DNA from: an uncultured delta proteobacterium | GTDB taxonomy: Bacteria; Desulfobacterota; Syntrophorhabdia; Syntrophorhabdales; WCHB1-27 | Reading direction: 5' to 3' | DNA: 64,000 nucleotides | NCBI GenBank assembly: GCA_963810935.1 | Contig: CAWEPK010000016.1 | Location: 148,975-212,974 of the forward strand | Shown here: one piece after another, positions 43,320 to 52,448 of the stretch | How positions within the stretch are numbered: position 1 is the stretch's first letter | How the letters are laid out: each line of letters opens with the position of its first letter | The notes under the pieces: generated by a model | The model's database searches: none | The model's input: the letters and a program-made list of their open reading frames with translations, nothing else | What the model was told of the DNA's origin: nothing | Position numbers and translations under genes: made by a program

Positions 43320-45383
43320 ATGAACGAGATGAACGTCAGAAAAATATTTTTCCCCGAGAGCATGGTCGTCTGCGGGGTGTCGGATAACAGCGGGAATTTG
43401 GGCAGGGAGATCATCGGCAATTTGAACGGATTTGGCTATAGCGGCAGGCTCTATGGCGTCGGGCGCGCGGCCGTAGAATTGGACGGCAGAAAGATCTACG
43501 GCGATGTGCAGGAGTTGCCGGAAGTACCGGACCTTGCGGTACTCCTCGTCCCCGCCAGGAACATACCCGCCCTCCTCGACTCGTGCGGGGCCAAAGGCGT
43601 GCGCCATGTCGTAATCGAGACGGGTGGTTTCTCGGAGTTCGGCCCGGAAAGGAAAGGACTGGAAGACGAGATAAGGCGTATAGCAGGGCAGTGGGGCATG
43701 ACTTTAATGGGCCCGAACTGTATCGGTGTTATCAACACGGAAAACGGTGTCTGCCTGCCGTTCGTCCCATTTGCAAAGGAAGAGATCGAAAAAGGCACGA
43801 ATGCTTTCGTTTCCCAGAGCGGCGGCCTTCTCCACGAGCTGATGCGGCGGTGCACGGCCGAGAATGTGGGCTTGAGCAGGATGGCCAGCATCGGGAACAA
43901 GCTGATGCTCGATGGAAACGATATCCTCGAATTCCTGCTGGAAGACGAGGGGACGAGCGTAATCGGCGTTTATCTGGAAGATGCGAGGAACGGAAGGCGT
44001 CTTATGGACCTGGCCTCGCGAACGGATAAGCCGATCGTAATCGTAAAAGGAAACATAAGTCCGGTGAGCCATCAGGTCGCCTCGTTTCATACCGCCGCCC
44101 TTCTGGGCGATGACGGCGTCGCCGACACGGCCTTCAAACAGGCGGGCATACACCGCGTATCGTCGCTTCAGGAGATGATCGATTGCTTTAAGATATTCTC
44201 CCTGCCGCCGATGAGGGGGCCGAACGTAATGGCGCTGTCGCGGTCCGGCGGCCAGGCGGTCATGCTGGCCGACGACGCGTACCGTTACGGTTTCACCCTG
44301 CCGCCCCTGCCTGCCGGTTTCTTCGAGAATATCGGCGGCCAGGCAAGGGCAGGCGTCATAAGGGGCACGAACCCGATCGACCTGGGCGACGTCTTCAGCG
44401 AGCTTTATTATGTAGAGCTGGTAGGGAAGGCGCTCGCCGAAACCGGCGTGGACGGGGTCGTCTTCTTTTACGATTACGCCTTCGGCGAGCCGGTGGTCCT
44501 GGATGTCCTCAAAGGTATGGAGCGCGTATGCCGCGAGGCGGGCAAGCCGGTCGTCCTTTGCATGACGCCGGAGAAGTCCGACTGGGCCCGCCTGAAATTC
44601 GGCGCTCCGTTCCCGTGGTTCTCGACGTCCGGCCAGGCCTTTGCCGCGCTTGCGCATTCGCTGGCCCACTACCGGAAAGGCGCAGTCCGGCGGGCAACCT
44701 CATTCGCTTCGGCGACTGTCGGGCAAAACGGGCGTCCCGAAGGGGCCGCGCGGACCGAAAGCGTCGCTCGCACCCTCTCGCTGGCAAAAGAGGGCGGCCT
44801 GCCCGTTGCGCCCTATGAGCTTGCAGCAGGCCGGAAGGAGGCGCTCTCTGCCGCCCGAAGGATAGGCTACCCGGTCGCGCTAAAGGCGGCCGAGCCTTTT
44901 GTCCTCCATAAGACGGAGGCGGGTGCTGTCCGTCTCGATATCGGCAGCGACGAGGAGCTTGAGAGGGTACTCGACAATATGGCCGCCGATCTTTACCTCG
45001 TGCAGGCAATGGCGCCATCCGGCATCGATGTGATTATCGGAGCGAAGCAGGACCCTGAATTCGGGCCGGTTATGCTGTTCGGACTGGGCGGCATTTTCGT
45101 CGAGGTCATGCGGGACGTGACGAGCCGGGTGCTCCCGATAGGCCCACAAGAGGCGCGGGAGATGATCGGGGAGATAAAGGGCGGCCGCCTGCTTGCAGGT
45201 TTCCGCGGGGCGCCCCCCGCCGACATCGAGGCGCTGGTGCGTGCGTTGGTTGCCGTATCGGACCTGGCGGTCAGCCACCCTGAGATCGAAAGTCTCGACG
45301 TCAACCCCATCCGTGTGTTCCAGGAAGGCGGCGGCTGCCTTGCCCTGGACGTTAAGGTGGAGGTCCGGGGCGATAATAAATAA
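43320..45383 (+). CDS. Acetate/acyl-CoA ligase (ADP-forming), fused alpha/beta
   Basis: GPNCIG, SQSG, SIGNK, SFHTAAL (phospho-His), NPIDLGD, ATP-grasp HKTEAGAV, FGLGGIFVE, DVNP. Confidence 0.9.
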   Translation: MNEMNVRKIFFPESMVVCGVSDNSGNLGREIIGNLNGFGYSGRLYGVGRAAVELDGRKIYGDVQELPEVPDLAVLLVPARNIPALLDSCGAKGVRHVVIETGGFSEFGPERKGLEDEIRRIAGQWGMTLMGPNCIGVINTENGVCLPFVPFAKEEIEKGTNAFVSQSGGLLHELMRRCTAENVGLSRMASIGNKLMLDGNDILEFLLEDEGTSVIGVYLEDARNGRRLMDLASRTDKPIVIVKGNISPVSHQVASFHTAALLGDDGVADTAFKQAGIHRVSSLQEMIDCFKIFSLPPMRGPNVMALSRSGGQAVMLADDAYRYGFTLPPLPAGFFENIGGQARAGVIRGTNPIDLGDVFSELYYVELVGKALAETGVDGVVFFYDYAFGEPVVLDVLKGMERVCREAGKPVVLCMTPEKSDWARLKFGAPFPWFSTSGQAFAALAHSLAHYRKGAVRRATSFASATVGQNGRPEGAARTESVARTLSLAKEGGLPVAPYELAAGRKEALSAARRIGYPVALKAAEPFVLHKTEAGAVRLDIGSDEELERVLDNMAADLYLVQAMAPSGIDVIIGAKQDPEFGPVMLFGLGGIFVEVMRDVTSRVLPIGPQEAREMIGEIKGGRLLAGFRGAPPADIEALVRALVAVSDLAVSHPEIESLDVNPIRVFQEGGGCLALDVKVEVRGDNK

Positions 45384-45487
45384 CCCTGCTGCTTGCAGCA
45401 GGGTTATAAAGCAAGCGAATGCGCCGCGTTGAGGGGGGAGGCTCCACGAGCTTTGCTCGCGGAGCGGGCGCTGAGCCCCGGTAACTG
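45381..45487 (+). repeat. Dispersed structured repeat, divergent copy starting at the ligase stop codon
   Basis: Same linkers as the 38.6 kb units (AAAGCAAGCGAA..GCGCCGCG, GGGGAGGCTCC, GGAG.GGGCGCTGAGCCCC) with different but still pairing stems. Confidence 0.8.
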
Positions 45488-45658
45488 CCCGAAGTACTTG
45501 ATTGCGCGGATGTTTTTGGGCTAAAGTGATGGGCGTTCCTTTTCCGGGGCAAGCCGGAAGGGGCGTGGCGGATCGAAAGCAAGACGTACCGGGTGCTCTC
45601 AGATTGAGGAGGCTAAAGTGACAGGCAACAAGTTCCCGGCCGGCGGTAGGCGGTATCT

Positions 45659-47833
45659 TTGAAAAAACGGATTCAGCTCTACCTTTTGCTCTTCCTTGCC
45701 CTCTCCCTGATCTTTACGGGTGTCGGCTTCTATGTTTTCCTCATAACCGAGATACCTTCCGTAAAGGCATTGAAGGACCTGACCAACAAGCCCGTCAGCA
45801 CGATTTACGGCGTAGGCGGCCAGGTGGTCTACGTAGTGGTGCCGGACAACAAGATATCGGTGTCTTACGCCAATATGCCCAAGTACGTGCGGGAGGCATT
45901 CCTGGCGGCCGAGGACGCCGACTTTTTCAGCCACAAAGGCGTGGAGATCAAGAGCATTTTCAGGGCGTTCTTTATGAATATCGTCCACGGGCGGGTCGTC
46001 CAGGGGGGCAGCACCATAACGCAGCAGGTAATCAAGGCGCTCATACTGGGGCCCGAGAAGAGCATGATGCGTAAGGTGCGCGAAGCCATCCTCGCCTACA
46101 GGCTGGAGATGTACCTGACGAAGCAGGAAATCCTGAACGTCTACCTCAACAACATCTACATGGGGCAGGGGGTCTACGGCGTGGAGGCGGCGTCCCAGGT
46201 GTATTTCGGCAAGCACGTCTGGGAGATCGACAGGGCGGAGGCCGCCCTGCTGGCAGGTATTGTGCAGGCGCCCGCCAGGTACACGCCCAGGCGGCATCCG
46301 GGGCTCGCCAGGATGAGGCAGCTCTACGTGATCGACCAGATGTGGAAAAAGGGCTTTGTCGACGCGAAGAAAAAAGACGCCATGCTGAAGGAGCGCACGA
46401 GGCTTACTCCCGACGACGGCATATTCGCGGACACCTATTTCAAGAGCGCGATCTGCAAGTACGTGGAAGACAAGTACGGCAAAGGTGTTTTTTCGCGGAG
46501 GGCGCTTAAGATATACGCCACCGTGGATCCGGCGCTGCAAAGGGCCGCGGAGGACGCCGTAAAGAAGGGACTCGCCCAGTACGATGAGCGGCGCGGCGCA
46601 TACGCGGTTGCGTACCATCTCGACAAGGGAAGATGGGAAGGCTTTAAGAGTACTGCCGACAGGGACCTTGCCCTCGTGCCCCTGATCTCCGGCGGGGCGT
46701 GCAACCTCCTTGTTTCGGAAAGGGTCGCGGGAGGCTACGCCGTTTTTGCCGGGACGCGAAAGGGACTTCTCCGGTTGACGGATTTCACGTTCAAACCGGG
46801 GGACGTCGTGCGGGGCATTTACAACGGCGCCGACAAGAAGAAAATGATGCTCTTCACGCCGGTGAGGAACTCCGGCATCGAGGGGGCCCTCGTATGCATG
46901 GATACGGCCCTCGGTTATATTTATGCGGTCGTCGGCGGAAGGGACGTGGAAAAAAGCCCGTACAACCGGGCGTTGTCCGCAAAAGTGCAGCCGGGCTCCG
47001 CTTTCAAGCCTTTCATCTACCTTGCTGCGCTCCAAAAGGGATACGATGTCGATTCCGTGATCCTCGACGAGCCGAAGACATACGGGGGAGGCTTCGGAAA
47101 AACGTGGGTCCCGAAGAACTACGACGGCACCTACAGCGGCTCGATCACCTTGCGCGACGCGATTGCCTATTCCAAGAATGCGGCTACGGTGCGCCTCCTC
47201 GAGTCGGTAGGCGTCGGCTCCGTCAAAAAGGTGCTCCACGACGTAGGCATCGAAGAAGATGTCGAGGACGACCTTTCGATAGCCCTCGGCACCTCCAATC
47301 TCACGCTCCTCGATCTCGTGAAGGGTTTTTCCGCCTTTGCGAACGGCGGCAAGAGAGTGAAACCCTTCATGATAAAACGGATCGAGGACACCCACGGGAC
47401 CGTATTGGAAGAGCACGGGACGGAGATCGAGAGGGCGATGAGTGAAGATGTCGCTTACAAGATGAACGTGCTCCTGCGGGGCGTTACGACTTACGGGACC
47501 GCAAAAGGCGCGAGCGCTCTCGGCTACCCCGTTGCGGGAAAAACCGGGACGACGAACAGTTTTTACGACGCCCTTTTCGTGGGATATACGCCTCATATCT
47601 GCGCAGGCGTGTGGACGGGGTTCGACCAGCGGACCTCCCTCGGACGGGCCGAAAGCGGGGGGAGGGTGGCGCTGCCCATATGGATGAAGTTCATGGCAGC
47701 GGCCATGCACAGGTTCCCCCCTGACGATTTCGAGCCGCCGCAGGCCCCGCCGCCCGATTTACCCGACGCCGGCCGGAATCGCGACATTACACCCTACGAT
47801 TTCAGGGAAGCGACGAAGGTCCCGTCGTCTTGA
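45659..47833 (+). CDS. mrcA: Penicillin-binding protein 1A (bifunctional transglycosylase/transpeptidase)
   Basis: AAEDADFF.H.G, QGGSTITQQ, RK.REA, GSAFKP (SxxK), SKN, KTGT. Confidence 0.92.
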   Translation: MKKRIQLYLLLFLALSLIFTGVGFYVFLITEIPSVKALKDLTNKPVSTIYGVGGQVVYVVVPDNKISVSYANMPKYVREAFLAAEDADFFSHKGVEIKSIFRAFFMNIVHGRVVQGGSTITQQVIKALILGPEKSMMRKVREAILAYRLEMYLTKQEILNVYLNNIYMGQGVYGVEAASQVYFGKHVWEIDRAEAALLAGIVQAPARYTPRRHPGLARMRQLYVIDQMWKKGFVDAKKKDAMLKERTRLTPDDGIFADTYFKSAICKYVEDKYGKGVFSRRALKIYATVDPALQRAAEDAVKKGLAQYDERRGAYAVAYHLDKGRWEGFKSTADRDLALVPLISGGACNLLVSERVAGGYAVFAGTRKGLLRLTDFTFKPGDVVRGIYNGADKKKMMLFTPVRNSGIEGALVCMDTALGYIYAVVGGRDVEKSPYNRALSAKVQPGSAFKPFIYLAALQKGYDVDSVILDEPKTYGGGFGKTWVPKNYDGTYSGSITLRDAIAYSKNAATVRLLESVGVGSVKKVLHDVGIEEDVEDDLSIALGTSNLTLLDLVKGFSAFANGGKRVKPFMIKRIEDTHGTVLEEHGTEIERAMSEDVAYKMNVLLRGVTTYGTAKGASALGYPVAGKTGTTNSFYDALFVGYTPHICAGVWTGFDQRTSLGRAESGGRVALPIWMKFMAAAMHRFPPDDFEPPQAPPPDLPDAGRNRDITPYDFREATKVPSS

Positions 47834-47865
47834 GGCGGGTTGTATGCAGGAAGCCGTTTTTTTAC

Positions 47866-47895
47866 TTGACTGTAAGCCTGCCTGATTGGTAAACT
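47866..47895 (+). promoter_or_regulatory. Sigma70-type promoter of the nuo operon
   Basis: TTGACT-N18-TAAACT with TG extension. Confidence 0.5.
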
Positions 47896-47946
47896 TAGGC
47901 GCTTCGATGCCCCCGGCAAGGTGAGGCAATAGCCAGAGATTAACTT

Positions 47947-48297
47947 ATGGAATATGTTGCCATCCTGATCATGATCGCCCTCGCGGCGTTCATAGCTGTT
48001 TTTATCGTCGGCGCATCCTATGTGCTTGGCAACAGGACGCGTGCGAAGGTAAAGCTGTCTCCCTACGAATGCGGTATGGTGAGCGTAGGGCCGGCCCGGC
48101 GGCGTATGACGGTCCGGTACTATATCATCGCCATGCTTTTCCTCGTTTTCGACCTGGAGATACTTTTCCTTTATCCCTGGGCGGTAATTACCCGGCGCCT
48201 GGGGCTCTTCGGTTTCTGCGAGATGATCGTTTTCGTGGCCATCCTCTTCATCGGGTATATTTACGTTTGGAAGAAAGGCGCCCTCGAATGGGAATAG
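47947..48297 (+). CDS. nuoA: Complex I subunit A
   Basis: [26 protein letters not shown]. Confidence 0.96.
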   Translation: MEYVAILIMIALAAFIAVFIVGASYVLGNRTRAKVKLSPYECGMVSVGPARRRMTVRYYIIAMLFLVFDLEILFLYPWAVITRRLGLFGFCEMIVFVAILFIGYIYVWKKGALEWE

Positions 48298-48788
48298 AGA
48301 ATAACGTCCTGATCACGACGGTAGATGACGTAGTCAACTGGGCGCGTAAGAACTCGCTGTGGCCGGTGACGTTCGGCCTTGCCTGCTGCGCCCTTGAAAT
48401 GATTATCGCGACGTCCGCCACGCACGACATGGCGAGGTTCGGGGCGGAGGTCTTCAGGCCGTCGCCGCGACAGGCGGACCTTATGATAGTTGCGGGGACC
48501 GTCACGAAGAAGATGGCGCCCGTAGTCCGGAGGATATACGAGCAGATGCCGGAGCCCAAATGGGTAATCGCGTACGGCGCGTGCGCTTCGAGCGGCGGCA
48601 TATTCAAGACGTACAACGTCGTCCAGGGCGTTGACCAGATAGTGCCGGTCGATGTTTATGTGCCGGGGTGTCCCCCCAGGCCGGAAGGGCTGCTCGCCGG
48701 CCTCATCAAGCTCCAGGAAAAAATCGGAAAAGAAAGCATGTTCGAAGAGAATAGAAGGCTCGTGACCGTGCCGGGACGTAAAGCATGA
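48288..48788 (+). CDS. nuoB: Complex I subunit B (N2 cluster)
   Basis: [33 protein letters not shown]. Confidence 0.96.
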   Translation: MGIENNVLITTVDDVVNWARKNSLWPVTFGLACCALEMIIATSATHDMARFGAEVFRPSPRQADLMIVAGTVTKKMAPVVRRIYEQMPEPKWVIAYGACASSGGIFKTYNVVQGVDQIVPVDVYVPGCPPRPEGLLAGLIKLQEKIGKESMFEENRRLVTVPGRKA

Positions 48789-49297
48789 GCAGCACGGGAA
48801 GCACCATCCCAAAGCTCCAGGCCGCATTCGGACCCTCCCTGACGCTGGACGAGGCCGGCAGCCAGACGGCTGTGATCGTCGGTAGGGAAAAGCTGCGCGA
48901 GGTACTGCTTTTCCTGAAAAATGACGGCTCGCTGCTTTATTCGACGATGACGGACCTCTTCGCCATCGACCGCTTCGGCGCATCCCCCAGGTTCGAGGTT
49001 GCGTACCTTCTAAACTCGCTCACGCTCAAAGAGCGCGTGCTTGTAAAGGTGCGCCTGGACGAGGGCGACGCTGTCCCTACGGTGTGCGACCTGTGGCGGG
49101 CGGCAGAGTGGCTGGAGCGTGAGGCGTACGATATGTTCGGCATCCGCTTCGAGGGCCACCCTGACCTCCGAAGGATCCTCATGGTCGAAGATTTCGACGG
49201 ATATCCCCTCCGCAAAGACTTCCCTACAGAGGGTTACGGGTTCGACAAGCCTTTCAAAGTCAACCTGGAAGAAGGCGGGCCGGGAGAGGCCGGGTAA
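48785..49297 (+). CDS. nuoC: Complex I subunit C
   Basis: [22 protein letters not shown]...YPLRKDFP. Confidence 0.95.
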   Translation: MSSTGSTIPKLQAAFGPSLTLDEAGSQTAVIVGREKLREVLLFLKNDGSLLYSTMTDLFAIDRFGASPRFEVAYLLNSLTLKERVLVKVRLDEGDAVPTVCDLWRAAEWLEREAYDMFGIRFEGHPDLRRILMVEDFDGYPLRKDFPTEGYGFDKPFKVNLEEGGPGEAG

Positions 49298-49299
49298 CG

Positions 49300-50475
49300 A
49301 TGGCGAACGACAAGAAATATATGACCATCAACATGGGGCCGCAGCACCCCGCTACGCACGGCGTCCTGCGGATCCTGCTGGAGCTCGACGGCGAGATCAT
49401 CGTCAAGGCAACGCCCTTCATCGGGTACCTCCACAGGGGCGTAGAGAAGCTGGCCGAGGCGCGGACGTACCACCAGGCCCTCACCCTTACGGACAGGCTC
49501 GACTATACCAACGGCCTTTCGAACAACCTGGCTTACTGCCTGGCCTGCGAAAACCTTTGCGGCATCGAGGTGCCGAAACGGGGCCGCTACCTCCGGGTGA
49601 TCCTTGCGGAGCTGCAGCGCATCGCCGCCCACCTCATCTGGATAGGCACTCACGCCCTTGATATCGGCGCCATGACGCTGCTTTTTTACGCCTTCCGGGA
49701 GCGCGAAACGATCCTCGAGATAATCGAGCGCGTAACGGGCGCCAGATTGACGCCCTCCTTCATAAGGATAGGCGGCCTCGCGCAGGACGTGCCTTCCGAG
49801 TTCCCCGGCCTGGTCAGGGCGTTCGTCGAGGATTTCCCGCGAAGGGTGGACGAATACGAGACGCTATTGACGGAAAATATCATCTGGCGCAAAAGGACGA
49901 AGAACATCGCCCCGCTGTCGAAGGAGGACGCCTTAAGCTACGGCGTCACGGGTCCGGTGCTCCGTGCCTCAGGCGTCTATTACGACGTTCGCAAGGCATA
50001 TCCTTATTCGTCGTATGAAGATTTCGATTTCGAGGTGCCGATGGGCGAGACCGGCGACGTGTTCGACCGGTACGACGTTCGCGTGCGCGAGATGCGCCAA
50101 TCCAACCGCATCATAGGGCAGGCGATCGAGCGGCTGCCGGACGGGCCGGTGAACGCCGACGCGCCGGGCATCGTGCCTCCGGCCAAGGAAGACGTCGAAC
50201 ATGACATGGCTGCCCTCATCCGCCATTTCAAGCTGATGGAGGAGGGGTTCCGGCCGCCCGTAGGCGAGGCATACGGGGCTGTCGAGTCGCCCAAGGGCGA
50301 ACTGGGCTTTTACCTCGTGAGCGACGGCACGAACAAGCCGGCGAGGTTCCGCATACGGCCCCCATCGTTCATCAACCTCGGGGCGGTGCCGAAGATGATC
50401 GAGGGGCAGATGATCGCGGACGTAGTAGCGGCCATAGGGAGCGTCGATATAGTGCTCGGCGAGATAGACAGGTAG
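49300..50475 (+). CDS. nuoD: Complex I subunit D (quinone-binding)
   Basis: GPQHPATHGVLR, GYLHRG.EK, DRLDY, ESPKGE, DIVLGEIDR; no CxxC nickel ligands. Confidence 0.96.
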   Translation: MANDKKYMTINMGPQHPATHGVLRILLELDGEIIVKATPFIGYLHRGVEKLAEARTYHQALTLTDRLDYTNGLSNNLAYCLACENLCGIEVPKRGRYLRVILAELQRIAAHLIWIGTHALDIGAMTLLFYAFRERETILEIIERVTGARLTPSFIRIGGLAQDVPSEFPGLVRAFVEDFPRRVDEYETLLTENIIWRKRTKNIAPLSKEDALSYGVTGPVLRASGVYYDVRKAYPYSSYEDFDFEVPMGETGDVFDRYDVRVREMRQSNRIIGQAIERLPDGPVNADAPGIVPPAKEDVEHDMAALIRHFKLMEEGFRPPVGEAYGAVESPKGELGFYLVSDGTNKPARFRIRPPSFINLGAVPKMIEGQMIADVVAAIGSVDIVLGEIDR

Positions 50476-50483
50476 GATAAGCG

Positions 50484-52433
50484 ATGGCAGGCGTCCTTTT
50501 CAGCGCATGGCAGGGGGAAGTGGTAGACAACAGGGGCAAGCCCGAGGCGGACTACTCCGTCCCGAAGAAGCTCGCCATACCCCCGGAGTTTGCCGAAGGA
50601 GAGCCGATAAAGGCCTTCATGGGCTGGGACGGCTTCGCGCTTATGGAAGCGGGCATCGATGTAGTGCAGATGTGCACCCGGTACGTCGAGGCGGTGCAGG
50701 CCGAATCGTGCGGCAGGTGCGTGCCCTGCCGGGTCGGCACCCGAGTCATCGTAGACGTCCTGACGTCGATATGCGAAGGGCGGGGCAAACTGGGCGACCT
50801 GGAGCGCATCGAGGGCCTTGCAGCCTACATCAAGGAAGGCTCCAAGTGCCAGATAGGGCAGACGGGCCTTGTGCCGCTGCTGACTGCGCTCGAGCATTTC
50901 AGAAAGTCATTCAATGAAGCGGTTAAGGCAGGAGCCAAGGGCGCGCCCGCGAACTTCCGGGTGGCCGTGACTGCGCCCTGCATGAGCGCCTGCCCGACGA
51001 AGCTGAAGATACCGAAATATATCGAAGAGATCGCTGAAGGCAAGCCGTCCGCCTCGCTTTCGGTAATACGGCAGGACACCTGCCTTGCCGGTACGCTCGG
51101 CCGGGTCTGCGTCAGGCCGTGCGAATCGAATTGCAGGCGGGCGAATATCGACGAGGCGATCTCGATAAAATACCTGAAGCGGTTCGCGGCGGATTACGAG
51201 CTGGACAAGGAGAAGGAACGCCCGCACCCGTTGGCTGCGCGGCAGGCCGGAAAAGTAGCCGTCCTGGGCGCGGGCCCGGCCGGCCTCTCGGTCGCCTATT
51301 ATTGCGCCCAGATGGGTTACGGAGTGACCGTATTCGAGCGCCTGGGCGAGCCGGGCGGCATGGCTGCCGTCGGCATACCCGACTACCGCCTCCCCAGGAG
51401 CGTCCTCGGCTTCGAGGCCTCCATGCTGGCAGACCTCGGCGTAGAAATAAAATACGGCGCGACTGTCGGCAAGGACATCGGCCTGCGCGAGATCGCGGAT
51501 ACCTACGACGCCCTGTTCATAGGCGTCGGGGCGCACAACAGCTCTCCGATGGGCGTAGAAGGCGAAGACAAGGGCTATGAGGGGTTTATAACGGGCGTCA
51601 AGTACCTCCTCGACGTAAACATGGGGAAAGACCCGTATCCGGCAGGCAAGAAAGTGGTCGTGGTCGGCGGCGGCAACGTCGCTATGGACTGCGTTCGCTC
51701 CTCGTTCCGCATCGGCAAGCCGGACGTCAATCTGGTGTACAGGAGGACGAAGGCGGAGATGCCGGCGGACCCCGTCGAGATACACGATGCCGAGGAAGAA
51801 GGGGTCAAGTTCCATTACCTTTGCAACCCGACGCGGGTCATCGCCAATGAGGGCAAGGTTATAGCAGTCGAGTGCATCAGGATGGAGCTTGGCGAGCCGG
51901 ACAAGAGCGGCAGGCGGCGGCCTGTGCCGGTACCCGGCTCGGAGTTCGTCATAGAGACGGATATCCTCATCCCGGCCATCGGGCAGGCGGTCGATCTCTC
52001 ATTCCTCGACGCCGAGTTGGGCGTACAGATGACGAAATGGAACACCGTGCTGGTCGATCAGGAAACGTTCGAGACAAGCCGTCCGGGCGTATTTGCCGCT
52101 GGCGACTGCGAGACCGGTCCGGACGTGCTCGTAAGGGCCTGCGGAAACGGCAAGAAAGCCGCATGGAGGATCGACCAGTACCTCAAAGGGCAGTCGCGCG
52201 TGCCTTCGGAGAGGGAACGCTTCGAGAACCTCTTCGCCAAGATAAAGGTCTACCAGAAAGACGAGAACCTGGGTATAGCGGGAGGACAGCGCCGCGAAGA
52301 ACTGCGGATGCTGCCGCCCGATACGAGGAAGTGGACATTCGACGAGGTCGAAGAAGGCTTCCGTGTGGACGAGGCCACAAAAGAGGCCTCCAGGTGCCTG
52401 CGCTGCTGGCGCATCGGCATGGTGGCTGTTTAG
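50484..52433 (+). CDS. SfrB-like flavoprotein: NuoF N3 [4Fe-4S] domain fused to a GltD-type FAD/NADPH oxidoreductase
   Basis: FSAW....VDNR and AFMGWDG as in Geobacter SfrB; ESCGRCVPCRVG...SKC; APCMSACP, GRVCVRPCE..C; GAGPAG; GGGNVAMD and YRR. Confidence 0.85.
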   Translation: MAGVLFSAWQGEVVDNRGKPEADYSVPKKLAIPPEFAEGEPIKAFMGWDGFALMEAGIDVVQMCTRYVEAVQAESCGRCVPCRVGTRVIVDVLTSICEGRGKLGDLERIEGLAAYIKEGSKCQIGQTGLVPLLTALEHFRKSFNEAVKAGAKGAPANFRVAVTAPCMSACPTKLKIPKYIEEIAEGKPSASLSVIRQDTCLAGTLGRVCVRPCESNCRRANIDEAISIKYLKRFAADYELDKEKERPHPLAARQAGKVAVLGAGPAGLSVAYYCAQMGYGVTVFERLGEPGGMAAVGIPDYRLPRSVLGFEASMLADLGVEIKYGATVGKDIGLREIADTYDALFIGVGAHNSSPMGVEGEDKGYEGFITGVKYLLDVNMGKDPYPAGKKVVVVGGGNVAMDCVRSSFRIGKPDVNLVYRRTKAEMPADPVEIHDAEEEGVKFHYLCNPTRVIANEGKVIAVECIRMELGEPDKSGRRRPVPVPGSEFVIETDILIPAIGQAVDLSFLDAELGVQMTKWNTVLVDQETFETSRPGVFAAGDCETGPDVLVRACGNGKKAAWRIDQYLKGQSRVPSERERFENLFAKIKVYQKDENLGIAGGQRREELRMLPPDTRKWTFDEVEEGFRVDEATKEASRCLRCWRIGMVAV

Positions 52434-52448
52434 GACTGCGATAAGCTA

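Noticed and set aside
45599..47710. Long antisense ORFs (703 aa here; also 4863-6740, 33844-35127, 23724-24794 and others)
   Set aside because: Shadow frames of well-supported genes in GC-rich DNA, with no recognisable motifs.
49300..50475. Operon as a group 4 membrane hydrogenase or formate hydrogenlyase
   Set aside because: NuoD lacks both CxxC Ni-binding motifs and the NuoG-like subunit lacks a Mo ligand.
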